A stretch of 64,000 bases of DNA from Candidatus Geohabitans tengchongensis (lineage in GTDB: Bacteria > Sysuimicrobiota > Sysuimicrobiia > Sysuimicrobiales > Humicultoraceae): NCBI GenBank assembly GCA_031459625.1, contig JAVKIH010000009.1:1-64000 (forward strand), in the 5' to 3' direction. Below are positions 41,703 through 51,405 of this stretch, piece by piece. The notes beneath the pieces are model-generated. The model saw only the letters and a program-made list of their open reading frames with translations. It was not told the DNA's origin and did not search any database. The position numbers were made by a program, and so were the translations under genes. Position 1 is the stretch's first letter, and each line of letters opens with the position of its first letter.

Positions 41703-43244
41703 CTAGCGGCCGGTCACCTCCGTGTGGTGCAGGCTCATCAGGTAGTCCGCCCCCCACTCGAACCCGCGCACCCGGCGCTGCACTGCGTAGATGCCGGGCG
41801 TCTGCACCAGGAAGATGGCCGGGGCCTCCTCCCGCACGATGCGGGCGACGCGCTGCAGGACCTGCGCCCGCCGGCGCGGGTCGAGGGTGGCGCGGCTCTG
41901 GGGGAAGAGCTGGTCGAAGGCCTGGCTGCAGAAGAAGCTGCCTACGGAGCGGCAGCCGAAGAAGTTGAGCGGCAGGTCGGCGTCCATGGCCGGGAAGTAC
42001 TGCCACGCCCAGATGAACATCCCCTCCAGCTGCCGGGCGATGAAACGCTGGATGTAGACGCCGCCCTCGACGATCTCCAGCCGCGCCCGCACCCCCACCT
42101 CGGCCAGCTGGCCGGCGATGAACTCGTCGATCTCCTTGTCCTTGGTGTAGCGGCCGACGGTGCCGTTGAAGGTCACCTCGAAGCCGTTTGGGGTAGCCGG
42201 CCTCGGCCAGCAGCTGCCGGGCCCGCTGCGGGTCGTAGGATAGGGACGCAGGTTGGGGTTGTGCCCCAGCGCGTCCGGCCCCACCACCTGCCCGGCCAGG
42301 ATGCGCCCGAAGCCGCGCAGGATCGTCTTGTGGATGGCCTCCTTGTCCACGGCGTAGTTGAGGGCCTGGCGCACCTTCCGGTCGGCCAGCGGCCCGCCGG
42401 CGTTGGCGCGCAGGTTCACCACCATGCCCTGGCCGAGGTTCACCGCCCGCACCTCCAGCCCGCGCCCCCGCAGCCGCTCCACCTGCTCCGGCGGGATGAG
42501 CACCCCCACGTCCAGCTCGCCGGTCTCCAGCCCGGCGACGCGGGTGGAGTCCTCGGGGATAGCCCGGAAGATCACCTCATCCAGGCGCGGCCGGCCCCGC
42601 CAGTAGCCCGGGTAGGCGGTGAAGACCATGCGGTCGGCGCGCACCCACTCCCGGAACTGGAACGGCCCGGTGCCGACCGGCGCCGCCGCAAAGCCCGCGG
42701 GGCCGCGCTCCTGGAAGTAGCGCGCCGGGAGGATGTCCACCACCGTCAACCCCTGCAGCAGCGGCCCGAAGGGCCCGCGGGTGACGATGCGCACGCGGGT
42801 GGGGGTGACGACCTCCACCCGCTCGATGGCCGAGATGCGCCCGAGCCATGGCGACCGCGTGTTGGGGTCGAGGACCCGCTCGATGGTGAACTTCACATCC
42901 TCGGCGGTGAGGGGCGCCCCGTTGTGGAAGCGCACGCCGGTCTGCAGGTCAAACTCCCAGGTCTGGTCGTCCACCAGCCGCCAGGCGCGGGCCAACACCG
43001 GGCGGATGCCACCCCGCCCGTCCGAGGCCACCAGCTTCTCGAACATGGCCGCGTAGGCCGGGAGGGCGTTGGCGGTGCTGTCCAGGTGCGGGTCGGGCGT
43101 GTTGGGCAGCGAGCCGATCCCGATGACCAGCCGCCCGCCCGTGCGCTGCGCGTAGGCCGGCATGAGGCCGGGCTTGCCGGGCGGCGTCCCTACGAGGGCC
43201 AGCAAGAGTGCGCCGCCGAGGAGCAGGACACCCAGGACGCGCAT
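41703..43244 (-). CDS. ABC substrate-binding protein, family 5 (DppA-like), with compensating internal indels
   Basis: Signal peptide, GVRFHNG, VGTGPF, VRQALNYAVD; the conserved YDPQRARQLLAEAGYP segment is out of frame at about 42188-42239. Confidence 0.9.
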   Translation of the reverse strand: MRVLGVLLLGGALLLALVGTPPGKPGLMPAYAQRTGGRLVIGIGSLPNTPDPHLDSTANALPAYAAMFEKLVASDGRGGIRPVLARAWRLVDDQTWEFDLQTGVRFHNGAPLTAEDVKFTIERVLDPNTRSPWLGRISAIERVEVVTPTRVRIVTRGPFGPLLQGLTVVDILPARYFQERGPAGFAAAPVGTGPFQFREWVRADRMVFTAYPGYWRGRPRLDEVIFRAIPEDSTRVAGLETGELDVGVLIPPEQVERLRGRGLEVRAVNLGQGMVVNLRANAGGPLADRKVRQALNYAVDKEAIHKTILRGFGRILAGQVVGPDALGHNPNLRPYPTTRSGPGSCWPRPATPNGFEVTFNGTVGRYTKDKEIDEFIAGQLAEVGVRARLEIVEGGVYIQRFIARQLEGMFIWAWQYFPAMDADLPLNFFGCRSVGSFFCSQAFDQLFPQSRATLDPRRRAQVLQRVARIVREEAPAIFLVQTPGIYAVQRRVRGFEWGADYLMSLHHTEVTGR

Positions 43245-43336
43245 GACCGTCACCTCCATCCGTCGCCCCAGGGGCGACAGCTGTTCCCGTCTGAGCCTCG
43301 ATGGTCCCGCCATCCGGCTCCGGTGCAGGGCCGCGC

Positions 43337-44635
43337 TCACGTCGCCATCCCGTACGTCTGGCGCAAGGCCTCCCGCAGCGCCGCCAGGGTCGGCTCCACG
43401 ACCGGGACCGGGGGACGGCGGCTGCGCGCGGCCTCGACGTCCTTGAGGCCGCCTGCGGTGGCCACCACCACGACCGGCGCCCCCCGCGGCAGCCGCCGCT
43501 GGGCGGCGAGGCGACGCACCGCCGCCAGGCCCGCCGCCGCCGAGGCCTCGACGAAGATCCCCTCCGCCGTCCCCAACGCCGCCTGCGCCTCGAGCAGCTC
43601 GCCGTCGTCCAGCACGCAGGCCTCGCCGCCCTCCCGCAGGGCGCGCAGCGCCTGATAGGTGCTGATCCCGGCGGCGATGGAGAAGGCCACGGACGGCCCC
43701 GCCGGCACCTCGGGCACGTGGTCCAGCCCTTCGGCCAGCGCCCGGGCCAGCGGGCCGAAGACCTCTCCCGCCACCAGGCGGGGCTCCCCGTCGACCAGCC
43801 CCAGCCGGCGCGCCTCCCGGAAGCCCCTGGCCACGCCCCACAGCCCGTCTCCGTAACAGACCGGCAGCGCCACCAGCCCGGGCACAGTCCACGCCAGGTC
43901 GGCCAGGATCTCGAAGGCGATGGTCTTGTAGCCGTCGATGCCGTAGGGGTTGCTGCCGACCGGCGGGTCGTGGAAGTTTCCCGCCGGGTACCACCCCAGC
44001 GCCTCCACACCCTGGCGGAGGAGCGTCCACCGGTCGCGGGCGGTGGGCGTGGCCACGAGACAGGCCCCGAGCGCCAGCATCTGCGTCACCAGAGGGGCGG
44101 AAGCGCCGGCGGCGGTCAGGACCACGCAGCGCAGCCCGGCGCGCGCCGCGTAGGCGGCCAGGGACGCCCCGGCGTTGCCCGAGGAGGCGATCGCCACCAC
44201 GCCCGCCCCCACCTCACGCGCACGGGCGACGACCACGGCGGCCAGCCGGTCCTTGAAGGAGCCGGTGGGGTTGCGCGACTCGTCCTTCAGGTAGAGGTGG
44301 TCGATGCCCCAGGCGCGGCCCAGGCGTGGCAGGGGGAGCAGTGGAGTGCCGCCCTCGCCGAGCGTGACGGGGTCGCGCACAGGCAGCAGCTCCCGGTAGC
44401 GCCACATGGTGGCCGGCCGGTGGCCGAGCGCCTCCCGTGTCCACTGCACAACGTCGAGGCGGTAGACCGGCGCGACGTTGCTCGGGTGCCCGTCGGCCAG
44501 GCAGCGCGGGCACCCGGTGAAGAGGTCCACCACGCCGTAGGCCGCGCCGCACCGCACGCACGCCAGGCCGACCAGCGCACCGCCGTGCGGTGCCGGTCCG
44601 GCTTCCGTCTGCCCCGGGCGGTTCCGGTGGGTCAT
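43337..44635 (-). CDS. Threonine synthase-like PLP enzyme (fold type II)
   Basis: N-terminal CxxC..CPRC, TLGEGGTPL, NPTGSFKDR, ASSGNAG, GYKTIAFEI. Confidence 0.88.
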   Translation of the reverse strand: MTHRNRPGQTEAGPAPHGGALVGLACVRCGAAYGVVDLFTGCPRCLADGHPSNVAPVYRLDVVQWTREALGHRPATMWRYRELLPVRDPVTLGEGGTPLLPLPRLGRAWGIDHLYLKDESRNPTGSFKDRLAAVVVARAREVGAGVVAIASSGNAGASLAAYAARAGLRCVVLTAAGASAPLVTQMLALGACLVATPTARDRWTLLRQGVEALGWYPAGNFHDPPVGSNPYGIDGYKTIAFEILADLAWTVPGLVALPVCYGDGLWGVARGFREARRLGLVDGEPRLVAGEVFGPLARALAEGLDHVPEVPAGPSVAFSIAAGISTYQALRALREGGEACVLDDGELLEAQAALGTAEGIFVEASAAAGLAAVRRLAAQRRLPRGAPVVVVATAGGLKDVEAARSRRPPVPVVEPTLAALREALRQTYGMAT

Positions 44636-45819
44636 GGCTCCACCACCCGCAGCTCCCGGTCTGCCGGACACAGCAGCGTCGGGCCCGAGGCGGTCACCAC
44701 CACGGTGTCCTCCACCTGCAGCCCGCCCAGGCCCACCTCGTAGTAGGGCGTCTCGACCTCGAAGACCATGCCGACCTCGAGCGGCGTCTCCACCCCGTCG
44801 GCCAGGAGGGGCGGCTCGTAGACCTCCAGCCCGATGCCGTGCCCCACGTGGTGGCGGCGGTAGTGGGGCAGGCCCGCGCGCTGCGTCGCCGCCACCGCCG
44901 CGGTGAAGACCGCTCCGGCCGTGGCGCCGGGCCGGCAGGCGGTCACCGCCCCGTCCTGGCCGACCAGGATCGCTCGGTAGGCCGCCCGCACCGCCGCCGC
45001 CGGCTCGCCGCAGCTGGCGGTGCGCGCGATGTCGGCACAGTAGCCGTCCACGACGGCACCGACGTCGAACCGGATCAGGTCCCCGCGCCGCAGCGGACGG
45101 TCGCCGGGCACCGCGTTGGGGTAGGCGGTGTGGGGACCGAAGGCCAGGACCGTGAAGAGCGGCCGCGCGCCCGCGGCGAGCACCGCCTGGTCGAAGACCA
45201 GCGCGGCCTCCCGCTCGGTCATCCCCTCGGTGCACGCTCCGAGCGTCGCCTCCACCGCCGCCAGGAGCGCCTCCGTGGCCCGCTCCAGCGCGGCCACCTC
45301 CCCGGCGGTCTTGACTGCCCGGATCCGCCGGAAGCTGTCGGCGGCGGGCGCCATTCGAAAGCCGCCCGGCGCGCGGGCAGCGAGGGCCTCCCAGCCGCCA
45401 TGGGCCAGGCCCCCCTCGTCGACGCCGACCGCCGCGTCCAGGAGGTCCAGCTGGCGTAGTGCCGCCACCAGCGCGTCGAGGGCGGTGGCGTGCGGCGCCG
45501 TCTCGCAGGCCCAGCGGACGAGGGCGCGGTCAGCGGCGTCGGCGTGCTGTGCTCCCGCCTCGATGAAGAAGCGGCCGTAGGGGATGAGGTCGCCGCGGGG
45601 CGGGAACTGGGCGGCCATGTCCACCTCGGCCACCGGCGCCACCACCAGGGGAGCGTCCAGGCGGTCGCGCCGTGCCACCGCGTAGACCTGGGTCGTGCGC
45701 AGCAGCGGCTGGGTGAAGCTGCGGAAGCCGCTCAGGTAGCGGACGTTCTCGGCGGTGGTGGCGACAAGCCCCTCCCAGCCCTGCTCGGCCAGCACGGCGG
45801 CTGCGCGCGCCGTGTTCAT
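44632..45819 (-). CDS. M24 Xaa-Pro peptidase family protein
   Basis: ENVRYLSG, FDVG....GYCADIART, GHGIGLEVYE, ETPYY, VEDT (metal ligands intact). Confidence 0.9.
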   Translation of the reverse strand: MNTARAAAVLAEQGWEGLVATTAENVRYLSGFRSFTQPLLRTTQVYAVARRDRLDAPLVVAPVAEVDMAAQFPPRGDLIPYGRFFIEAGAQHADAADRALVRWACETAPHATALDALVAALRQLDLLDAAVGVDEGGLAHGGWEALAARAPGGFRMAPAADSFRRIRAVKTAGEVAALERATEALLAAVEATLGACTEGMTEREAALVFDQAVLAAGARPLFTVLAFGPHTAYPNAVPGDRPLRRGDLIRFDVGAVVDGYCADIARTASCGEPAAAVRAAYRAILVGQDGAVTACRPGATAGAVFTAAVAATQRAGLPHYRRHHVGHGIGLEVYEPPLLADGVETPLEVGMVFEVETPYYEVGLGGLQVEDTVVVTASGPTLLCPADRELRVVEP

Positions 45820-46826
45820 CCGGCGAACTCCGGCATGACCTCGCGGGCAAACAGGCGCATGCTCTCCAGGAACTCCTCGACCGTGTTGGCGGTGAAGAGC
45901 AGCCCGGCCAGGTGCGTGACGCCCGCCTCCTGGTAGGCGCGCACCTGGCGGCGGATCTCCGCGGGGGAGCCCAGCAGGTTGCGCTGCGCGAAGGAGTCGA
46001 CGGGCTGCCCTCGCAGGGTGGAGCGCTGCAGCGAGAGGAGGTGGCGGTAGAGCTGGGAGCGCAGGAACCGCTCCGTGGCCTCCTCCCGGGTGCGGCCGAT
46101 GGAGACGGCGAACTGCGGCGCCACGTCCAGGTGGGTGAGGTCGCGCCCCGCCGCGCGGGCGTGCGCCCGGATCTGCTCCAGGCCATGGCGGACCTCCTCG
46201 GGGGTGAGGACGGCGGGGAGCCACCCGTCGGCCAGCTCCGCCACCCGCCGCCACCCTTCCGGGGCGTTGCCGCCGATGTAGATGGGCAGGTGCGCCTGGT
46301 GCGGCTTGGGGTACAGCTCGACGTCGACGAAGTGGTAGTAGCGTCCGTGGAAGGTGGCGCGGCGCTCGCCGAAGAGCACGCGCAGCGCCCGGATCCCCTC
46401 GGTGAGCATCTCGCCGCGCCGGGCCCGGCGCAGCTCCGGGTGGACGGCCTCGAACTCCTCCCGGTAGGCGCCCACCCCCACCCCCAGCAGCACCCGGCCC
46501 CCGCTGAACTGGTCGAGGGTGGCCACCTGCTTGGCCAGGAGCACCGGGGCGCGCATGGGCAGGACGATGACCCCGGTCATCAGCCGGATCGTCGAGGTCA
46601 CCGGGGCCAGCGCCGCGTAGGTGACGAGCGGCTCGTAGAAGTTGGGCGGGTCGGGGAACTCGGCGCGCACGTAGCGCTGCGTGGTCAGGTGGTCGTTGCC
46701 CATGACGGCGAAGTAGCCGAGCGCCTCCGCCTCCTGGGCGATGCGCACGACGTCGCGGGGGGAGGCGAAGGGGACGGGGTACATCATCCCCTCGGTGCAG
46801 GTAGGCAGCCCGACGCCGAACCTCAT
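45816..46826 (-). CDS. LLM-class flavin/F420-dependent oxidoreductase
   Basis: AEALGY..V..NDH, PVLLAKQVATLDQFSGGRV.LGVGVG, PIYIGG, ADGWLP. Confidence 0.9.
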   Translation of the reverse strand: MRFGVGLPTCTEGMMYPVPFASPRDVVRIAQEAEALGYFAVMGNDHLTTQRYVRAEFPDPPNFYEPLVTYAALAPVTSTIRLMTGVIVLPMRAPVLLAKQVATLDQFSGGRVLLGVGVGAYREEFEAVHPELRRARRGEMLTEGIRALRVLFGERRATFHGRYYHFVDVELYPKPHQAHLPIYIGGNAPEGWRRVAELADGWLPAVLTPEEVRHGLEQIRAHARAAGRDLTHLDVAPQFAVSIGRTREEATERFLRSQLYRHLLSLQRSTLRGQPVDSFAQRNLLGSPAEIRRQVRAYQEAGVTHLAGLLFTANTVEEFLESMRLFAREVMPEFAG

Positions 46827-47908
46827 GGCAGTCCCGGCGCGGCGGCCTCCCGCGCCCCGGTTCCCGGCAGCGTCACGCTGCGCAGCGCCGGCAAGACCTC
46901 AGCCGCCAGGTGCTCGAGCAGGTCCTCCAGGGCGGTCCCGGGCGCCGGCACCGGACGGACGATGAGCTGGGTCGCGCCGGTTTCGACCAGCGCGCGCAGG
47001 CGGGCGGTCACCTCGGCCGCCGTCCCGGCTACCGCCAGGTGGTCGAGGTAGGGCTCGGGCAGGAGCCGTCCCGCCTCCGGGATGCGCTCGTAGCGCCGCT
47101 CCGCCAGCACGTCCAGCACCGCCTGGGGCAGCGGCGGCAGGTCGAGCGGCTCCAGGTAGTCGAGGTTGGGGTAGCTGATCCACATCGGCAGGGCCACCGC
47201 CGAGCGGACCGCCTCGCGGGCGGTGTGGGGATCGTCGGCCACGCAGACGTCCACGCGGGCGGCGAGGTCGAGCGCCTCCAGCCGGCGGCCGGCGGCGCGC
47301 GCGCCCTCGGCCACGCGCTCCAGCGCAAAGCGCAGCCCCGGCGGGGAGGCGTAGGGGGCGATGATGACGCCGTCGGCGACCGTGCCCGCCGCCCGCAACA
47401 TCCGGCGGGCGCGGGCGGCCACGTAGATCGGCAGGTCCGCCCGGGCGGGGAAGAAGAGGCGGGCGCCGCGCACCCGCACCACCCGCCCGTCGACGGTGAC
47501 GGTCTCACCGCGCAGGAGGGCACGGATGGTCCGCACCGCCTCCGTGACGGCCACCGGGGGTGCACGCCGCACCACCCCCATCGCCGGGAAACCGCTGCCG
47601 CCCGCCCCCAGCCCCAGGACGGCCCGCCCGCCGCTCACCTCGTCGAGGGAGGCGATGGCCATGGCCAGGAGCGCCGGGTGGCGGGCGTAGGGCTCGGTCA
47701 CGCCGGTCCCCAGGCGGAGGCGCGTGGAGGCGTGCGCGGCCACCGTCAGTCCGACGAAGGGGTCGCGGTAGAACTTCTCGTCGGCGTACCAGAAGACGTC
47801 GAAGCCCAGGGCCTCACAGCGCCGGACGATCTGGCGCAGCCGCTCCGGGGGGTGCTCGCCGAGGATGAGCACCCCCAGGCGGGGCATGGGAGCAGGGCCC
47901 GTCCTCAT
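46823..47908 (-). CDS. LLM-class oxidoreductase (Mer-like)
   Basis: E.LGFD.FW.ADE, LGTGVT.PY.RHP, SLDEVSGGRAVLGLGAG, ADGVII. Confidence 0.88.
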   Translation of the reverse strand: MRTGPAPMPRLGVLILGEHPPERLRQIVRRCEALGFDVFWYADEKFYRDPFVGLTVAAHASTRLRLGTGVTEPYARHPALLAMAIASLDEVSGGRAVLGLGAGGSGFPAMGVVRRAPPVAVTEAVRTIRALLRGETVTVDGRVVRVRGARLFFPARADLPIYVAARARRMLRAAGTVADGVIIAPYASPPGLRFALERVAEGARAAGRRLEALDLAARVDVCVADDPHTAREAVRSAVALPMWISYPNLDYLEPLDLPPLPQAVLDVLAERRYERIPEAGRLLPEPYLDHLAVAGTAAEVTARLRALVETGATQLIVRPVPAPGTALEDLLEHLAAEVLPALRSVTLPGTGAREAAAPGLP

Positions 47909-47950
47909 CGCTAGCGCCTGCGCCTCGGAGTCGAATTGTCCACGCGGAAG

Positions 47951-47967
47951 ATGTAAGACATTTTACA
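47951..47967. promoter_or_regulatory. Putative operator/promoter for the minus-strand LLM operon
   Basis: ATGTAAGACATTTTACA: TGTAA-N6-TTACA dyad overlapping a minus-strand TAAAAT, in an AT-rich patch. Confidence 0.5.
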
Positions 47968-48114
47968 ACCGTTTAATCCAGCACTTCGCGCGGGCTGCCT
48001 GTCACTCCTTTCCGCGCAGATGGCGGGGGCTCCCGCGGTTTTGAGGGTCCTCCCGAGCCGTTCTTCCGACTCTCAGCAGGAGTCAGCCCACACTGAAGGA
48101 GTCGCGCAGGGCAT

Positions 48115-48152
48115 GTAGAAAGTATCAAGTACGCATGATTCATGTTATTCAA
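48115..48152 (+). promoter_or_regulatory. Conserved 38-bp upstream element, copy 1
   Basis: GTAGAAAGTATCAAGTACGCATGATTCATGTTATTCAA; 31/38 identical to 55983-56020. Confidence 0.75.
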
Positions 48153-48202
48153 CTTTGCATCCGTGGACGGTTGTGAGGCCAGTCCAGCCTGGTGCTGACG
48201 GC

Positions 48203-49138
48203 ATGGCCTCCGGGCAGGACGCGGTCCGGAAGGTCAGGGATCGCCTGCGGGGCATCCACGCCATCCTGCCGACTCCCTTCCTCGATGATTGGAGCCTGGA
48301 CCTCGCCGGGTTATCCCGGAACATCGAGGCCGTCCTGGCCCAAGGGGTCCAGGGCGTGCTGGTGGGCGGGGGGTACGGGGAGTTCCCCTCCCTCTCCACC
48401 GAGGAGCGCCGTCACCTCATCCGGGAAGCGGTCCGGGCGGTGGCCGGGCGGGTGCCCGTCATCGCCTGCACCGCCCACAGCTCCACGCTCGAGGCCCTTG
48501 AGCTCACCCACGCCGCCGAGGAGGCCGGGGCCGATGCGGCCATGCTGACCCCGCCGTACGTTACGGAGGTCAGGGAGGCCGACGTGGAGCGCCACTTCGC
48601 CTTCATCGCCTCCCGCGCCGCCATCCCCCTCGTCCTTTACAACACGCCGAGCACGGGCGTGGTCCTCTCGCCGGCCCTCATCGCGCGGCTGGCCGAGATC
48701 CCGACGGTCGTGGGGGTCAAGCAGGGGGTCCTCGACGCCGCCGAGATGGCGGCCGTCGTCGAGGCGGTGGGGGAGCGGCTCACGGTCCTGTGCGGGTCGG
48801 ACACTGTCATGGTGGCGGGGCTGGCCGTGGGCATGGGGGGCGTGACGTCGACCAACGCCAGCGCCTTTCCCGACCTCATCGTGGCGGTCTACCAGGCAGC
48901 GCGGCGGGGGGATTGGGGAGAAGCCCGCCGTCTCCACGACCGGTGGGCACCGTTCCGGGCCTTCGCGCGCCGGGTGGGTCAGCCGGCGGCAGTGAAGGCC
49001 GCCATGGACCTGGCGGGGCTTGCGGGGGGCGCGTGCCGCCCGCCGCTGCGGGCGCTGGGAGCGGCCGAGCGCGAGGAGCTGCGGGCGGTGCTGGAGGGCA
49101 TCGGCGTGGTCGGCGTCGGACCTGGGGAAGGAGCGTGA
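48203..49138 (+). CDS. Dihydrodipicolinate synthase/N-acetylneuraminate lyase family aldolase
   Basis: TPF, GGYGEF.SLS.EER, GRVPVIA, PPY, LYNTP, Schiff-base GVKQ, VKAAM. Confidence 0.9.
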   Translation: MASGQDAVRKVRDRLRGIHAILPTPFLDDWSLDLAGLSRNIEAVLAQGVQGVLVGGGYGEFPSLSTEERRHLIREAVRAVAGRVPVIACTAHSSTLEALELTHAAEEAGADAAMLTPPYVTEVREADVERHFAFIASRAAIPLVLYNTPSTGVVLSPALIARLAEIPTVVGVKQGVLDAAEMAAVVEAVGERLTVLCGSDTVMVAGLAVGMGGVTSTNASAFPDLIVAVYQAARRGDWGEARRLHDRWAPFRAFARRVGQPAAVKAAMDLAGLAGGACRPPLRALGAAEREELRAVLEGIGVVGVGPGEGA

Positions 49139-49142
49139 GGGT

Positions 49143-50246
49143 ATGGATCCGCTGCGCAAGATGAGTGAGGGTATGAATCGACCGGTGGCAGTGCTCGCAG
49201 TAGCGGCCTTCATCGCCTTGGGGACACTCCAGGCAGGGGCTGGAGCAGTCCGGAAGTACGAGGGCCGCACCATGACGGTCTATGCGGGTATTTCCCCCAG
49301 GGTTCGGGAGGACATCACTGAGTACATCGCGCCTCGATTGAAAGAGAAGTTCGGTATTGAGCTGGCGGTCGAGCCTTTGGGGTCTACTGTGATGCTTGAG
49401 AAGATCCTCGCCCAGCGTGCGCGCCCCAGGGTTAGCGTGGCGGGCTGGGATCAGCCGGTGGGGCTGCAGGCGTGTGTGATGGGACTCTGCGCGCCCATCG
49501 ACCTGGCGAAGGCTCCTAACCTCAGGGCCGCGTACGACTGGGCGGTGATCAAAGTCGGGGGGGACGTTAAAGTGGTCGCGACGAGCCTCATCGGCGTGGG
49601 GCTCATCTACAACCGGGATGAGTTCGCCCGGCGCGGCCTGCGGCCGCCCACGTCCTGGAACGACCTCTGGCGTGACGATTTGCGCGGGCGCATCAGCATC
49701 ACGGCTCCCGAGAGCACGTGGGGCCTAGCGGCACTCGTCATGTTGGCCAAGCTCGAGGGAGGGAGTGAGGCGAACATTGAGCCGGGCTTTGCCAGGATCA
49801 AGAGCCTCTTGCCACGCCTGCACACCATTCATACCTGGTCGTCTGAACTGGCCAAGCTCATACAGCTCGGAGAGGTCTGGCTGGGGACCACGGGTTCAAA
49901 CATGGGCCCGGCCTTGAAGGGCCAGGGGTTCCCCGTGGAGTGGGTGGCGCCGCAGGAGGGTTCCCCGGTGGTCGGCGGAGGCATGTCTATTGTCGCCAAC
50001 GCCCCCTACCCAGATGTGGCTCACGAGTACGTCAACCTCTACTTCAGCCCCGAGTTCCAGGTTCTGCGGGCGCGTAACGGGGGGCAGACGCCGACGACGC
50101 GCACAGGATACGCCAGGCTCTCCGCCCAGGAGAAAATTGACCTCCCTTTGCGGCCGCTGGGGAAGCTTGTCCACCTCGACTGGGCTACCATCATGCAGGC
50201 GCGGGAAGGGTGGATCGAGCGCTGGCAGCGGGAGGTCCGCAGGTAG
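49143..50246 (+). CDS. ABC substrate-binding protein (PotD/polyamine-opine type)
   Basis: Signal peptide, GLIYN, PTSWNDLW, PQEG, A..YVN..FSPE.Q; start uncertain. Confidence 0.85.
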   Translation: MDPLRKMSEGMNRPVAVLAVAAFIALGTLQAGAGAVRKYEGRTMTVYAGISPRVREDITEYIAPRLKEKFGIELAVEPLGSTVMLEKILAQRARPRVSVAGWDQPVGLQACVMGLCAPIDLAKAPNLRAAYDWAVIKVGGDVKVVATSLIGVGLIYNRDEFARRGLRPPTSWNDLWRDDLRGRISITAPESTWGLAALVMLAKLEGGSEANIEPGFARIKSLLPRLHTIHTWSSELAKLIQLGEVWLGTTGSNMGPALKGQGFPVEWVAPQEGSPVVGGGMSIVANAPYPDVAHEYVNLYFSPEFQVLRARNGGQTPTTRTGYARLSAQEKIDLPLRPLGKLVHLDWATIMQAREGWIERWQREVRR

Positions 50247-50252
50247 GAGGTC

Positions 50253-50288
50253 ACCGAGGGGCTCCGCCCACGCGCGGAGCCCCTCGGT
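50253..50288. other. 15-bp stem hairpin after the substrate-binding gene (mRNA stabiliser or attenuator)
   Basis: ACCGAGGGGCTCCGC-CCACGC-GCGGAGCCCCTCGGT. Confidence 0.6.
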
Positions 50289-50294
50289 TCCGGC

Positions 50295-51374
50295 ATGGAC
50301 GCGATCGTCGAGCTCACGGGCATCCACAAGGCGTTCGGGCGCCAGGCGGTCCTGACCGACCTCAACCTGTCGATCAGACCCCGGGAGTTCGTCACACTCC
50401 TGGGGCCTTCGGGGTGCGGCAAGAGCACGACGCTCAACCTGATCGCCGGGTTTCTCCGCCCGGACCGGGGGATCGTCGCCATCCGGGGACGTCCGGCCAA
50501 CGACGTGGAGCCGCGCCGACGCGGCCTCGGCATGGTCTTCCAGACCTGGGCCCTCTTCCCCCACATGTCAGTCTTCGAGAACGTGGCCTTCGGCCTGCGG
50601 ATTCAGGGCCGCCCCCTGCACGAGATCCGGAGGAAGGTCGGCGAGATGCTGGCGTTGGTCCGCCTTCCCGGGATCGAGGAGAAGTACCCTTCACAGCTCT
50701 CCGGAGGGATGCAGCAGCGTGTGGCGCTGGCCCGGGCGCTGGCCGTCGACCCGGACATCCTCCTGCTCGACGAACCCTTGAGCAACCTGGACGCGCGGCT
50801 CCGGAAAGACATGCAAGTCGAGCTCAAGCGACTCCATGAGCAGCTCGGCATCACCACGATCTTCGTCACGCACAACCAAGAGGAGGCGCTGGTAATGTCC
50901 GACCGGATCGCGGTGATGCACCAGGGCCGCATCGTCCGCATGGGCCCTCCGCACGAGCTGTACCGCGATCCTCGATCGCGTTTCGTCTGCACGTTCCTGG
51001 GGGACGCCAACGTCTTCGAGGGGGAAGTGGACCGCATCGATGGGCGGATCGCGGTCGTCACGGCAAGCGGGCTGCGGTGGCGAGTCCAACTGAGCCCGGA
51101 CGGCCGCGGACCCCGCGGGAGACGCCTGACGCTGGCCCTTCGACCCGAGCTCCTCAAGCTACAGCTCCAGCCCACCGGTGCCGATAACTCCTTTTCCGGA
51201 AGGGTCAAGGATGTGGTCTACAAGGGGAGCAACGTGTCCTACTACGTGGACCTAGGTCCGGTCGAGGTCCTAATCGTCGAGCCCGCCAGTGAGATGGGGA
51301 TAGCGGTGCGCGAAGGAGACAAGGTCTTTGCGGAGTGCGGAGCCGGCGCCTTTAGCGTCCTGGACGAAGAGTGA
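50295..51374 (+). CDS. ABC ATPase, PotA-like
   Basis: GPSGCGKST, ALFPHM, LSGGMQQRVALARA, LLDEPLSNLD, TOBE-like tail. Confidence 0.93.
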   Translation: MDAIVELTGIHKAFGRQAVLTDLNLSIRPREFVTLLGPSGCGKSTTLNLIAGFLRPDRGIVAIRGRPANDVEPRRRGLGMVFQTWALFPHMSVFENVAFGLRIQGRPLHEIRRKVGEMLALVRLPGIEEKYPSQLSGGMQQRVALARALAVDPDILLLDEPLSNLDARLRKDMQVELKRLHEQLGITTIFVTHNQEEALVMSDRIAVMHQGRIVRMGPPHELYRDPRSRFVCTFLGDANVFEGEVDRIDGRIAVVTASGLRWRVQLSPDGRGPRGRRLTLALRPELLKLQLQPTGADNSFSGRVKDVVYKGSNVSYYVDLGPVEVLIVEPASEMGIAVREGDKVFAECGAGAFSVLDEE

Positions 51375-51405
51375 GGCCGTCTCACGCTGGAGGGGGCAGA
51401 GGGTC

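Noticed and set aside
48203..49138. Lysine-pathway dapA
   Set aside because: GTTGE is replaced by GGYGE, and no asd, dapB or lysC is adjacent
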